NCBI GenBank assembly: GCA_013239625.1
Contig: MU056050.1
Coordinates: forward strand, 1,474,084-1,538,083
Reading direction: 5' to 3'
DNA: 64,000 nt
Source: Lama guanicoe
Taxonomy: Eukaryota
Shown here: in pieces, positions 1-12,899 of the stretch
Layout: each line of letters begins with the position of its first letter
How positions within the stretch are numbered: the first letter of the stretch is position 1
Made by a program: the position numbers and the translations under genes
Notes under the pieces: generated by a model
What the model saw: the letters and a program-made list of their open reading frames with translations, nothing else
Told to the model about the DNA's origin: nothing
Database searches by the model: none

Positions 1-3000
1 TGATCTATCCTAGAGAACATTCCATGCATGCTTGAAAAGAATGTGTGTTTTGTTTTGTGGATATAGTGTCCTATAGGTATCAATTAAGTCCAACTGGTCT
101 ATTATGATGTCATTTAGAATCTCTATTTCCTTAATGATTTTCTGAATGGATGATCTGTTTATTGATGTTAGTGGGGTGCTAAAGTCTACTATTACTGTAT
201 TCCTGTCAATTTCTCCCTTTAAATCTGTTAGTATTTGTTTTATATATTTAGGTGCTCCTATATTGGGTACATATATGTCAATGAGTATAATATCCTCCTC
301 TTGTACTGATCCTCTTATCATTACATAATGCTCTTCTTTGTCTTTCTTTATAGTCTTTGTTTTAAAGTCTATTTTGTCTGGTATGAGTATTGCTACTCCC
401 ACTTTCTTGGTATTTCTATTTGTGTGAAATATCTTTTCCATCCCTTCACTGTCTTCCTGTGTCTTTTGCCCTAAAGTGGGTCTCTTGTAGGCAGTATATT
501 GTAGGTTCTTTTTTTTTTTAAACCCAGTTGGCCTCTGTCTTTTGATCAGAGCATTTAGTCCACTGACACTTAAAGTAATTGTTGATAGGTATGTACTTAT
601 TGCCATTTTAAACCTTGTTTTCCAATTGATTTTGTATTTCTTCTTTGTTCCTTTCTTCTTTTTGTTTTTCCTTTTGTGGTTTTCTTTTGTATTATGCTTG
701 AGTTCTCTTCTTTTTGGTTTTTGTGACTCTATTCTATTTTTTTGATTTGTGGATACTCTGGTTTTCAAGTATATTAACTATATCTACTTGCTTTTGAGTG
801 ATAGTCAGTCATATAAGTAAGTTCAAACACACTCTAAAAGATCTACATTTTACTCCCCTCCCTTACATTTTGTGTTTTTGATGTCTTATTTTACATCTTC
901 ATGTTTATCCTTTTGCTGTTAATTATAGTTATAATCACTTTTATAAATCTTTATTGTTTTTTCATCTATGTACTAGCTTATTTAAGTGATCTTCAATTCT
1001 ATTATATATTTGCTTTTCCTATTGTGATTTACTCCTTTCCTATAGATTCTTGCTTCTGTTTATGTACAACTCTGCAACATATCTTTTAGACTAGATTTAA
1101 TAATCCTTTAGTTTTCGCTTATCTGAGAAATTCTTTGTCTCTCTTTCTATTCTAAATGATGATCTTGCTGTGTGGAGTATCCTAGGGTTGCCAGGATTTT
1201 CCCCTTTATGGCTTTGAATATGTCATGCCACTTCCTTTTGCCCTGCAAAGTTTTTGCAAAGAAATCAGCTGATAGCGTTATGGGGATTCCCTTGTAAATG
1301 ACTTTTTGTTTTTCTCTTGCTGCCTTTAGAATTCTCTCTTTGACCTTTGTCTTTTTAATTATGATAAATCTTGGTGTGGCTCTGTTTGGCTTCATCTTGT
1401 ATGGGACCCTAACCTGGCTATCTGTTTCCTTCTTCAGGTTTGTAAAATTTTCAGCCACAATTTATTCAAATAACTTTTCAATTCTCTTCTTTCTCTCGTT
1501 TTCTGGAATGCCTATAAAGAGAATGTTGGCCCACATAATGTTATCCCAGGGATCTCATAAATTGCATCTATTTTTATTTTTCATTTCCTTCTTTCTTCTG
1601 ACTGACTGGGTGGTTTCCATTATTCTATCTTCCAGATCACTTATGTGTTCTGCCTCACTTAGTCTGCTACTCATTCCTTCTAATTTTTTTATCTCTGATA
1701 TTATCACTTTTGATTGTGTCTTTTTAATATTTTCTAGTTCCTTGTTAAAATGATCAGTTAGATCAATTATTTTACCTAATTCCATTAACACTTTTATTAC
1801 TGATCTTTTGAATACTTCATCTGATAAGTTATTTCTCTTTCATTATTTTCCCAGGTGCTTTTCTTGTTCCAATTGAGAGTATTTTCTCTGCCTCTATGAA
1901 TTTAGTTGAAACAGTTCCCTATTTTGATCTTGAAGGGATATTTTTATGTGGGAGCATCCCTAGGCAGACTATGTATGCCCAATGCTGTTGGTGAGAGGGC
2001 TGGATTTGATGTGGATGCTAGTTACAGTTTTCCTCAGCGTGTGCTTGCAGCTATCACCTTGGTAGGCAGTGAGGCTGGAGAACCTGGAGCCTGCACAGGG
2101 TATGAGGTTGGACTTCCTCTTTGCTCAGGGTTGGAGGCTAACCCCAAGTTGTGGTAGTAGAAGCCATGAGGGTCAGACTCAAGTTGGCTCTGTTCCCTTT
2201 AAAGTGTGTTTCCTTCTTCCTGCACTGAGTCCTTTGCCCCACAGTAGGGGAGTGCTGAAGCAACTGGAACCTGTGTACCTACAGAGGTCTGATGCTTTCC
2301 CTGTGTAGGCATCTTCTGCTCTGCTCAGATGCAGACCATAGTAGTATCTTCTCCCTAGTCATGTCCATCCCAGGTCTTGTGCTGTGGTGTGGAGAGAGCA
2401 GGGGTGGAGCATTCTCTGGACTTGGGCTGGATCTCACAGTGAAGCAATTTGGCAAAACCCAGCAGCCACAATGCTGTCTAAAGCCTGGGCTGTTTCTGGG
2501 CTACCCCTTAAGTAAGTGCCAACAGTGGCCACTGCTGCCCCACCTGGGCTCCACCCTGGGACAAGGTTGCCTCTGTGTCCAAGGTTGAGTCTTTTCCAGG
2601 TCATGGCTGCCCTAGATCCTGTGCCAAGCTGTGTTGTGGAGTGAGTGGAGCTGGGGCATACACTTGGCTCAGGCTGGGGAATGAGGTGAGATGGCCGCAG
2701 ATAACCCAGCAGCTTGCTGCTGGGGGCAAGCCAGCACTCCTGTGCTCCTTAGGAGTCCAGGTTTCTACAGCCTTTCCCTGTGTCCCAGTGGTTCTTCAAC
2801 AAGCCAAAGGGGCTTACCTGCTTACTTCTCAGGGCTGGTGTCCTTCCATATATTCTCCCTTTTCCTTTGAGTCCCCTCCAGGGGCACAGGCCCTGACCCA
2901 ATTGCTTTTTCTTCCCTTCCTAACCCCATGATGTTTCTATCTTTCTTACAGTCTTGGTTGGACAGGAGTCCTTCTGCCAGTTTCTGATTAGTTTTCAGTG

Positions 3001-3090
3001 AGAATTATTCCACACATAGTTGTATTTTTGATGTGTTGATGGGGAGAGGTGAGCTCCATGACTTCTTACTCTGCTATCTTTATCTCTCTC
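1..3090 (-). mobile_element. LINE-1, 5' half (5'UTR, decayed ORF1, ORF2 endonuclease region); continues beyond left window edge
   Basis: ORF 10..768 contains L1 endonuclease motifs (ITLSVSGLNALIKR, DKIDFKTKTIKKDKEEHYVMIRGS, IYVPNIGAPKYIKQIL, DFSTPL). ORF1 pieces at 1147..1458 (ERILKAAREK, PITLSADF) and 1555..1791. G/C-richer 5'UTR ~1880-3090 starts gagagagataaagatagc, matching the starts of the other two L1s. Frameshifted, inactive. Confidence 0.95.
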
Positions 3091-6060
3091 TGCTGTTTGT
3101 GTCTTTAAATCTAAAATGTGTCTCCTGTAGATTCAGTATAGAGTGTGCTTTTTATCAAGGCTGACGACCTATTCTTTTGATTAGATTCTTTAATCCACTC
3201 ACATTGAAAGTTAGTTATTACTGACATAAATAATAAAGTTATTACTGATATAGTTGGACTTATATCTGCCATTTTACTTTTTGTTCCTCTTCCTTTTTTA
3301 CGATCTTCCTTTGTATTAAGTGAATAGTTTCTAGGGTAGCATTTTAATGATTTTTTTCAGTATATTTTTCATTCATTTTCTTAGTAGCTGCTTTAAGGCT
3401 TACAGTGTGCATCCTAACTTTTAGCATCTACTTCAGATATATACTTAATTCTGGTGAGATATGGGCGGTTTTACTCCTATATAGCTCTTCTCCCTCCTCC
3501 TTTTTGATGCTGTTAATGTTATACAGATTATATCTTAATTATCATTTCTGGTTTTCTTCATTTATTCCTGGGGATTGACATTACCATATGATATTTCTTT
3601 ACTCCAATTCATCTTCCACCTTAGGCCTATTGTTGCCAAATTACCTATTTATCATTTCTGTAAGTTACAAGCTCAACAATACAAATTATATAAATGTTAC
3701 TTCATGCAATTGAGTTTTTAAATCATTTAAGAGAAGACATGCAATTTTACTCTTCTATATTTTCATAAATGACACCCTCTTTTTTCATGTGGATTTGAAT
3801 AACTATACTGTCACATAGTTTCAGCCTTAAGAAGTCCTTTTAGTGTTTCTTGTAGTACAGCTTTGCCAGCAACAAACTACTACAGTATTTGCTATGGACT
3901 GAATTGTATACCCCAAAAACCCAATGTTGATGCCCTAACCTCCAATGTGATGGTATTTGGAGATGGGGCCCTTCGGAAGAATTAAGGTTACATGAAGTAT
4001 GAGGATGGACCCTCACAATGGCATTAATGCCATTGTAACAACAGGAAGAAAGATTGCTTTCTCTTTGTGCATGTACAAAGAAGTGGTCATGTACATATAG
4101 AGCAAGATGGTGGCTTCCTATAAGCCAAGGTCTCAAAATGAATCCTATCTTGCTGGTACCTTGATCTTAGACTTCCCAGCCTCCAGAACTGTGAGATATA
4201 AATTTCTGTTGTTTAAGCCACCCAGTCTATGGTACTTAGTCAACTCAGGCTGCCATGACAAATACATTGTTTATTTTGCCTTCATTTTTAAGATAGTCTT
4301 GATGTATTTTTTTTTCCTTTCAACACTTTGAATATGTAATCCCACTTCTTTCAGACTTTTGTTTCTGATGGTAAGTCAGCTGTTAATCTTACTGGACTTC
4401 CCTTGCATATGAAATGTCATTTTTCTCTTGCTCTTTCCAAGATTTTCTTTGTCTTTCAAAAGTATGATTCTGTGTCTCATTGTGGAAAACTGAATTTGAG
4501 AAGTTTCAGCCAGTATTTCTTCAAATAAATGTTCATGCTGATTATTTTTCTCCCTCTCCTCTTTCTGGCACTACTATTACATGTTTGTTTGTGTGCCTTA
4601 TGTTGTCCTAGATTTTTCTGAGGTTTTTTTAATGAACACCCCTAGTGATTTTTCATTTTTATTATACTTTTCAACTCTAGAATTTCATCTGTTGTGTAAT
4701 TTCTCTATCCTTTAGTCTTTTTGATGAGATTATCATTGTACCTTCTTAATTCTTTAAACATGATTTCCTTTAGATATTTGAACATATTTAAAATAGCTGC
4801 TTAAAAGCAACTTTGCTGTGTTTAACATCTGTGACCATGAGAGGGAGATTAGTTTTTGCTTGTTTTTTTTTAACTGTCTATGGGTCATACTTCTTCTGTA
4901 TGTAGCTCATCATTTTTATTTAAAACTCAATAATTTTAGTTATCTAAAGTTATTACAATATATTAACTGGTCTTTCTTGGGAAGAATCTATGTTTGCTCT
5001 TTTGTGTGTTTGTTTTTCTAATGACTTGGATAGAAAAATTCAACAAAGTCTATTTCCCCCCAACAGTGTACAAACTCTGCTGTTGTTTCTCAGAGCATAC
5101 AGCCTTGGGCATACACTCAAGTCTTCCTGTCTACTACTGATGACTATAGTTTTAGCCAGGGCCTCTGTTTCTTTCCCTGATATTCCTGTTTATGTCTGAT
5201 CTACATATACTGGTATCACAACTCAGCTGTTAGTTTCCACCCATTGCTAGTTAATTTATCTATTGAGTTCAACAATACCTAGGGGTATATATTAGTCTAC
5301 AGTCTGATCTAATTAAAGTTGGATCTTTGGCAGGGTTGGGTGTTCCACTTTTTAAGGCATGATCCTACCCTCCCCTAGGCAGAACTCAGTGTTATGGAGC
5401 ACAAGCTGTGGTGGATGGGAACAAGAACTGGTGCCACCACCTACATGGATAGTCCTGAGCTCAGCTCTGGGAATGATAGGACATACTGATATTCACCAGG
5501 TAATGAATCTCCCCAGATTAGTTCTTACATTCCAGGAACCTGGGGGAGATGAGATCTTTCAATCCACTGCCAAGCCCACCAGAGCATGTCTTCCACAACA
5601 CTATGCTGTGCACACTTCACCATTCACTCTGTGTGGCAGGAATTGGGGGTAGGGTAAATGGTTGCTTCTTGGCCACTGCCACCCACTAGATATATGCTAT
5701 CTATAGCATAAATTATAAAATATTAGATCTGGCAATGGTCATCAGCTGAAATAACTGAGAATAACTCTTCAACTCCATGGATCTAGAGGATATGGGAAAC
5801 TGCCGTGTAGCTGACCAGCCTTCTGAAACAGTTTATCCACAATGCAGAGTTTTGAGAGCATGGATGCAATCCTTAGCTAGAATGCCACTACCTTTCACTC
5901 TTCTTACCAAGTTCCTATAGATTTTTCGGAAGAAATGCTTCTCTATTGGTTGTAAGCCCTTTAATCAGGCTCTAGAGATTTTAAGTTTGTCTTTGCTAAT
6001 TTTGATCAGTTTAATAGGTGACTCCCTGGGCTCCTAACATTGTCACCATTCCAGAAGTCT
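3091..6060 (-). mobile_element. Old L1M-type relic (5'UTR/ORF1/inter-ORF region), interrupted by an MaLR LTR
   Basis: Degraded antisense L1 text (e.g. aagtcagctgttaatcttactgg, the reverse of the ORF1 PIRLTADF region); shares motifs with 28018-29500. Confidence 0.7.
3890..4260 (+). mobile_element. MaLR solo LTR (MLT1A-like)
   Basis: Starts tgctatggactgaattg; contains ccttgatcttagacttcccagcctccagaactgtgagatataaatttctgttgtttaagccacccagtctatggta, typical of MLT1/MST. Confidence 0.9.
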
Positions 6061-6360
6061 TTAAAGGGTTTTGAAAATAGAAATAGATGAGAAGCATAAG
6101 ATCTTTGATACATATTTTTTAAACTTATAATTAAAAGACTCAAACTTAATACGCTAATGTGTGGCTATGAGTCTCCATGAGGATGATACAGTACACATCT
6201 TGTCCCAATTTTATGTGACCAATTAACCATTTTGTATTTATTTTTTAGTTTGTGTTTTGATTGCTTGTATTTTATTGAACATTTCTCAAGACTTGCATTA
6301 TTTAGAATACTCTTTGGAAAACACTAATCTAATATATTACCTTTTTAAAAAGAAATTTAC

Positions 6361-6420
6361 CTGGCTCTTTGCAGTGCCTGACTGACAGCTTAATCTGGGA
6401 ACTATGGCATTTTCTACAGA
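6361..6420 (-). other. Candidate 60-nt exon (unidentified transcript)
   Basis: Minus strand: tactctgcAG|TCTGTAG...GAGCCAG|GTAAAT; open in phases 0 and 1; lies in unique DNA. Confidence 0.2.
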
Positions 6421-6819
6421 CTGCAGAGTATATATGAACATCTGGGGTAGCTCAGGATATTGATAAAGAGCTAGCTGCCAAACAGGGTTTATGGAGAAAC
6501 TTTAAAGTCCCAATATGGATTTCCGAACTTCAAATACAAAGGACACGCAGTGATAACTGAGCCCCAAGCCCCATATTGAATAAAGGGGACTATTGAAGTT
6601 TTTAGCTAATATACAGGCCAGGTCATTCCAAGGACTAATGTAATATTACATAATATTACAGAAGTGTTTATCATCATATGGGTACCATAGTAGTACCATT
6701 TCCTGAATTAATGTACTCAGTGATATTTTAAAAATTCTTATGATCTGAAATAGGTGCTATTTCTTGCCAATATTTGAGTAATTTTTCTTTGATTCTTAAA
6801 CTACATGATCTTTCATCTA

Positions 6820-6945
6820 AGAAACAGCATAGGTTCGAATTCTTACTCTGCCCTTACCAGTAGTTGTGACCTTGAGAAATTATCTTACTTGAACCTCAGT
6901 TTCCTTATCTATAAAATAGGAATGATAATACTTGTTAGGATTGCT
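6820..6945 (+). mobile_element. MIR SINE fragment
   Basis: ggttcgaattcttactctgcc...tgtgaccttgagaaatt...cctcagtttccttatctataaaataggaatgataata is the MIR core. Confidence 0.85.
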
Positions 6946-7254
6946 TGGAAATTCAAAGCTAGTCTAGGAAATTTCAAATATTTTGCACATATCATAGCTA
7001 CCATCTATGACCCCAGAATTTCAGCCCCTTTCAATGTAGTTAATGCGTTTTCTACCAATTTTTTGTTCTAAGCAATGTACGTGTAACACAGTCTTAGCAT
7101 CTAATAACGTCTAATCTAGAATTTAGCAAGGATTAATAAGCGTTCATTTAATTGAAGGCAAAGATACAAGTGCAAAGAAATGTCTGTTTAACGCCAATAG
7201 TATACCAGAACTGCTACATTAATTATTTTTTGGGAGTTAAATCATCACAGCATT

Positions 7255-7385
7255 TCTGTCAGCACTATTATTTCCATTTAATTAAAGGTTAAGATAATTC
7301 CTTTATTTGCTAGTACTTGTTACTCAGCTAGTAGGAAGTGAAGCCAATATACGTCTATCTGACTCCAAATCTTATATTCCTTCCA
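7255..7385 (-). mobile_element. MIR fragment
   Basis: ctattatttccattt...ggttaag...tactcagctagtaggaag...tctatctgactccaaa resembles antisense MIR. Confidence 0.6.
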
Positions 7386-7665
7386 GTATTCCAAACTACT
7401 ATTTAACAAATTTGGGGGTTTTTCTGGCCAGGGCATTGCTGTTATTAAAAATGCAAATCTCTAATAGCATGTTGCTAATATGGCTGTAAGATATTTATGA
7501 TATTCTTGATAAAAATTTAATATATTTCTAAATAAGTTAATGCCCTGGCAAACAAGATTTCTTAAAAAAAAAATAGGATGAGACAACATACCATATATTT
7601 GCCTTAAAGTACTTCATTCTTCTAGGTAAAAATATATTTGAAAACTTTCAACTGGGAAGAAGGAT

Positions 7666-7674
7666 CAAGATGGC
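7666..7674 (+). promoter_or_regulatory. YY1-type motif at the L1 5' end
   Basis: caagatggc ~10 nt inside the element, as in the mammalian L1 internal promoter; activity not shown. Confidence 0.55.
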
Positions 7675-10600
7675 TGATTAAGAGGACAAATCAAAAATAC
7701 ATCTGTAATGTGGAACAATTCTCACTGAAGACCAATTGGAAACTGGCAGGAAGATTCTTATAGAAGCTAAGGTGGTAAGAAAGATACACAGAAAATCGAG
7801 TAGGAAGGGAAGAAAAATGATCTGGTCAAGACCTGTGACCCTGGGAAGGGTCTAAAGAAACAGAGGATACGTGGGCAGACACCTACCTGGGGAATGGATG
7901 GTGAGAGCCATAGATTGGATGCCCAAGTCCTGGGATCCTACACAGGAGAGACTAGCCCCTGGTACTAACAGGAGGGTGGTGAGAAGCCTAGACTTCACTT
8001 GTGAGAAGTGAAGACACACTGGCTTGCCCCTGAGGAAGGGAGGAGACAGGTCTGCTCTAGCGGCTGCCAGGTTTTCCTGGACATCCTTGGTACATGCCCC
8101 AGCCTGAGCCAAGAGATCATCCAGCCCTGCTCATGCCTTGTCACAGTGCAGCACTGTATCTGGGGTGGGGTGGTGGTAGCCACTGTTGATACTTACTCAA
8201 GCAGCATATTTGCTCCAGCAACTGGAGATCAGACCCCACCCCCAACAGGGCAGTGATGGCTACTAAGCAGAGGGGCAGTCCAGACTCACACATCATTCTA
8301 GCTCTAGCACTAAAGGCATTGGACACACAATCTGTACAGGACTCTCCCACATAAGAACACCTCTTCAAGATCACAATAGGTGGCTGTTCACCTAAACGCA
8401 TAGAGGCAGGGCAAGTTAAGCAAAATGAAAAGGCAGAGGAACTACTCTCAGTTGAATGAGCAAGAGAAAAACCACTGGAAAAAAATAAATAAGTAACTTT
8501 CCAGATAAAGAATTGAAAGCATTGGTTAAAAAAAAAGTTAATTCAATTAATTAGGGAAAAGAAGAGATGAACACAATGAGAAATTTTACTAGAAAGTATA
8601 AAAAAAGACCCAATCAGAAATGAAAAATTTAATAGCTGAAATTAAACACACACACACTAGAAGGAATGCAAACGTGATCTGGAAGTTAGAATAATGGAAA
8701 TCACCCAATCAGAACTGCAGAAAGAAAAACAATTAAAAAAATAGAAGCAGTATAAGAGCTCTCTGGAATAACATTAACTGTACAAACATTCTTATTATAG
8801 GGGTCCAAGAAGAGAAAATGTACCTGAGGAAATTATGGCTGAAAATTTCCCACACGTAACAAAGGAAATGGATATCTAGGCACAAGAAGCACAGGTCCCA
8901 AACAAGATAAACTGAAACAGACTGACACCAAGACATATCATAATGAAAATGGTAAAAGATATATATAAAGAGAGAATTCTAAAGGCAGCAAGAGAAATAC
9001 AAATAATCATATACAAGGGAACACCATAAGGCTATCAGCTGATTTTTCTGCAGAAACTTTTACTATATCATGCTACTTCTTTCTGGCCTGCAAAGTCCTG
9101 AAAAGGAAAAACCTGTGACGCACGATACGCCACTAGCAAGATTACCATTTAGAATAGAAGAAGTAAATACCTCAGCCAAGGAAAAAACTAAAATAATTCA
9201 TCAATACTAAACTGACACTAAAAGAAGACCCTTTAAGATTAAAAGACATAAGAAGCAATAGGAAAGGAAAAATCCTACTAGGAAATGCAAAAAGATAATA
9301 AGGTCTCAGGAGCAACCACTTAAATTAAGCCAGTACAAAGATTAAAAGACAAAAAATTGAAAAAGCAAGTATAACTACAATAAACATTTAAGAGATAAGA
9401 ATGGAGATGTAAAATATGACATCAAAATACAAAATGGAGGGGGGGAGTAAAAAAATAATGTGTTTAAACTTAAATGACTACCAGTTTAAAACAAGTGGAT
9501 ATAGGGCCACATATATGAACCTCATGGAAACCACAAATGAAAAACCTATAATAGATACACAAACACACAAGCATACTAAAATCATCAAACCACAATGGTG
9601 GAAACAACCAGAAAACAAGTAATAAATGACAATAAGCACATACATATCAATAACTATGTTAAACGCCAGTAGACTAAATATCCAGTCAAAAGACATAGGA
9701 TGGCTGGCTGCTGATAAGATTTAAAAAACAGGACACTTCAATATGCTGCCTACAAAAGACTTCAGGGCTAAAGACACTCAGAGACTGAAAGTAAGGGGAT
9801 GGAAAAAGAAATTCCATGCAAACAGAAAAGATAAGAAAGCTGAGTAGCAATACTCATATGAGACAAAACAGACTTTTTAAAAAGGTTATACCAAAAGAAA
9901 AAGAAGGGCATTATACAATGATACATGGATCAATTCAAGAAGAGAATATTATACTCATCAACGTATGTGCACCCAATACAGGGGCACCTAAATAAATGAA
10001 GCAAATACTAACAGACATACAGGGAAAAATTGTCACTATCTGCAGATGACATGATACTTTAGAGAAAATCCTAGTCTCAACCAGAAAACTGTTAGAACTA
10101 ATAAATAAATTCAACAAAGTTGCAGAATACAAGATTAATATACTGAAATCTGTTGCTTTTCTATACACCAATAATGAACTACCAGAAAGAGAAAGTAAGA
10201 AACAATCCCATTTAAAATTGCATCAAAAATAAAATACCTAGGAATAAACTTAACCAAGGAGATGAAAGACCTATACTCTAAAAACTGTAAAACATTGATG
10301 AAGGAAATTGATGATACAAAGAAATAGAAAAATACCCCATGCTCTTGGATTGGAAGAATGAATGTTTTCAAAATGGCCATACTACCCAAAGCAATCTACA
10401 GATTTAATGCAATCCCTACCAACTACCCATGACATTTTTCACATGACTAGAATAAATAATCCCAAAATTCATATGGAACCACAAAAGACCCAAAATTGCC
10501 AAAGCAAACTTGAGGAAAAAGAACAAAGCTGGAGGTATCACGCTTCAATGATTCAGACTATATACAAAGCTACAGTAATCAAAAGAGCAGGTACAGGCAC

Positions 10601-11385
10601 AAAAACAGACACATTGATCAATGGGACAGAATATAGAACCCAGAAATAAACCTATACCCCTATAGTTAATTAATCTATGACAAAGGAGGCAAGAATGTAC
10701 AATGGAGAAAAGACAGTCTCTTCAACAAGTTGTGCTGGGAAAACTAATCAGTTACATGTCCTTCACACCAAATGTAAAAATAACTTCAAAATGGCTTAAA
10801 AACCTAAATGTATGACATGACATCATAAAACTAGAAGAAAACAGAGGCAAAACATTCTCTGACAAAAATTGTAGCAATATTTTCTTAGATCAGTTTCCCA
10901 AGGAAAAAGAAATAAAACCAAAAATAAACAAATGGGACCTAATCAAACTTAAAAGCTTTTGCATTGCAAAAGAAACCATTAACAAAATGAAGAGGCAACA
11001 TACAGAATGAGAGAAAATATTTGCTAGTGCTTAGACCAATTAAGGAGTTTATATCCAAAATGTGTAAATGGTTCATACAACTCAACATGCAAAAAAAACC
11101 TGATTAAAAAATAAGCAGAATACCTGAATAGATTTTTTTTCCAAAGAAGACATACAGATGGCTAACAGGAACGTGAAAAGATGCTCAGAATTGCTAATTA
11201 TCAGAAAAATGCACATCAAAATAAGAAGATATCACTTCACACTGGTTAGAATGGATATCATCAGAAAGTCTACAAATAATAAATGCTGTAAAGGATATGG
11301 AGAAAAGGGAACCCTCCAACACTATTGGTGGGAATGTAGTTTGGCACAGCCACAATGGAAAACAGTATGGAATTCCTTTAAAAAA

Positions 11386-12069
11386 CTGAAAATAGAGCTA
11401 CCAAATGATCCAGAAATCCCACTCTTGGGTATATAGCTGGAAAAAAGTAAACCTCTAATTCAAAAAGATACACGCACCCCAGTGTTCATAGCAGCACTAT
11501 TTACAATAGCCAAGACATGGAAACAACCTTAAATGTCCAACAACAGATGACTGGATAAAGAAGCTGTGGTATATTTATACAATGGAATACTACTCAGCCA
11601 TAAAAAATAAAAAATAATGCCATATGCAACAACATAGATGAAACTGGAGAATGTCATTCTAAGTGAAGTAAGTCAGAAAGAGAAAGAAAAATACCATATG
11701 AGATCGCTCATATGTGGAATCTTGAAAAAGAAAAAAAAGATAAATGAACTTATGTTAAAAACAGGTATAGACTCACAGACATAGAAAACAAACTTATGGT
11801 TACCAGAGGGGAAAGAGAATGGGAAGGGATAAATTAGGAGCTCGATATTTTTTAGTATACTAATATATATAAAATAGATAAACAATAAAGTCCTACTGTG
11901 TAGCACAGGGAACTATATTCAATACCTTTTAATAATCTGTAATGAAAAAGAATATGAAAAGGAATATATGTATGTTCATGCATGACTGAAGCATTATGCT
12001 GTACACCAGAAATTGACACAACATTGTAAACTGACTATACTTCAACAAAAATATATACATACCAAAAAA
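11386..12069 (+). mobile_element. Younger L1 3' fragment nested in the host L1
   Basis: Complete 3'UTR followed by a restart of homologous sequence at ~12075; carries ctggagaatgtcattctaagtgaagtaag and atgagatcgctcat, shared with the young insert at 43036. Confidence 0.75.
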
Positions 12070-12616
12070 CCCCTGAAAAATAGACTTACCCTATGATCCA
12101 GCAATCCCACTCCTGGGCATATATCTGGGGAAAAGTCTAATTCAAAAACATGCATGTACCCAATGTTCACAGCAGTACTATTTACAATAGCCAAGACACC
12201 CAAATGTCCATCAACAGATGAATGGATAAAAATGTTGTGGTATATATGTACAGTGAAATACTACTGAGCCATAAAAAAGAATGAAATAATGCCATTTGCA
12301 GCAACATGGAGAGTGTAAAAATTATCATACTAAGTGAAGTAACTCAGACAAAGACAAGTATATATCATTTATATGTGGAATCTAAAATAATGATACAAGT
12401 AAACTTATTTGCAAAACAGAAAAAGACTCACAGACATAGAAAACAAATTTATGGTCACCAAAGGGGAAATGGGGAGTGGTAGGAGGGATAAATTAGGAGT
12501 TTGGAATTAGCAGATACAAACTACTGTATATGAAATAAACAGCAAGGTCCTACTGTATAGCACAGGGAACTACATTCAATAGTTTAACCTATAATGAAAA
12601 AGAATTTGAAAAGAGT

Positions 12617-12637
12617 ATATATATATATATATCTATA

Positions 12638-12668
<31 letters not shown>

Positions 12669-12677
12669 CTATATATC
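12617..12677. repeat. Compound (TA)n/(TATC)n microsatellite in L1 3'UTR
   Basis: Directly visible. Confidence 0.9.
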
Positions 12678-12899
12678 TGAATCACTATGCTGCACATCAG
12701 AAACCAACACAATATTGTAAATCAACTATACTTCAATTAAAAAATCACTGTAATCAAATTAGTAAAAAAAATTTATCATTAAATAAAATATCAAGTTGTG
12801 ATTTTTCCAAGAATTTAGTCAGTTTAAACTTTCAAAGTGAATGTATCATATCTCATTAACAAAAATAACAGACTGAAATGATTTAAAGTATTTCTATAT

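Larger units (their letters stand above)
7655..12745 (+). mobile_element. LINE-1 with 5'UTR, ORF1 relic (from ~8425), internally deleted ORF2 (from ~9626) and a doubled 3' end
   Basis: 5' end ...ggatcaagatggc; ORF1 motifs; EN region joined directly to the RT (S)ADD motif at ~10030; ORF2 C-terminal frame with HYWWEC (11158..11436); 3'UTR/A-rich tails at ~12070 and ~12744. Confidence 0.93.

Noticed and set aside
10..768. Longest ORF (252 aa) as a functional gene
   Set aside because: Frameshifted L1 inter-ORF/ORF2 endonuclease relic; the middle part is out of frame
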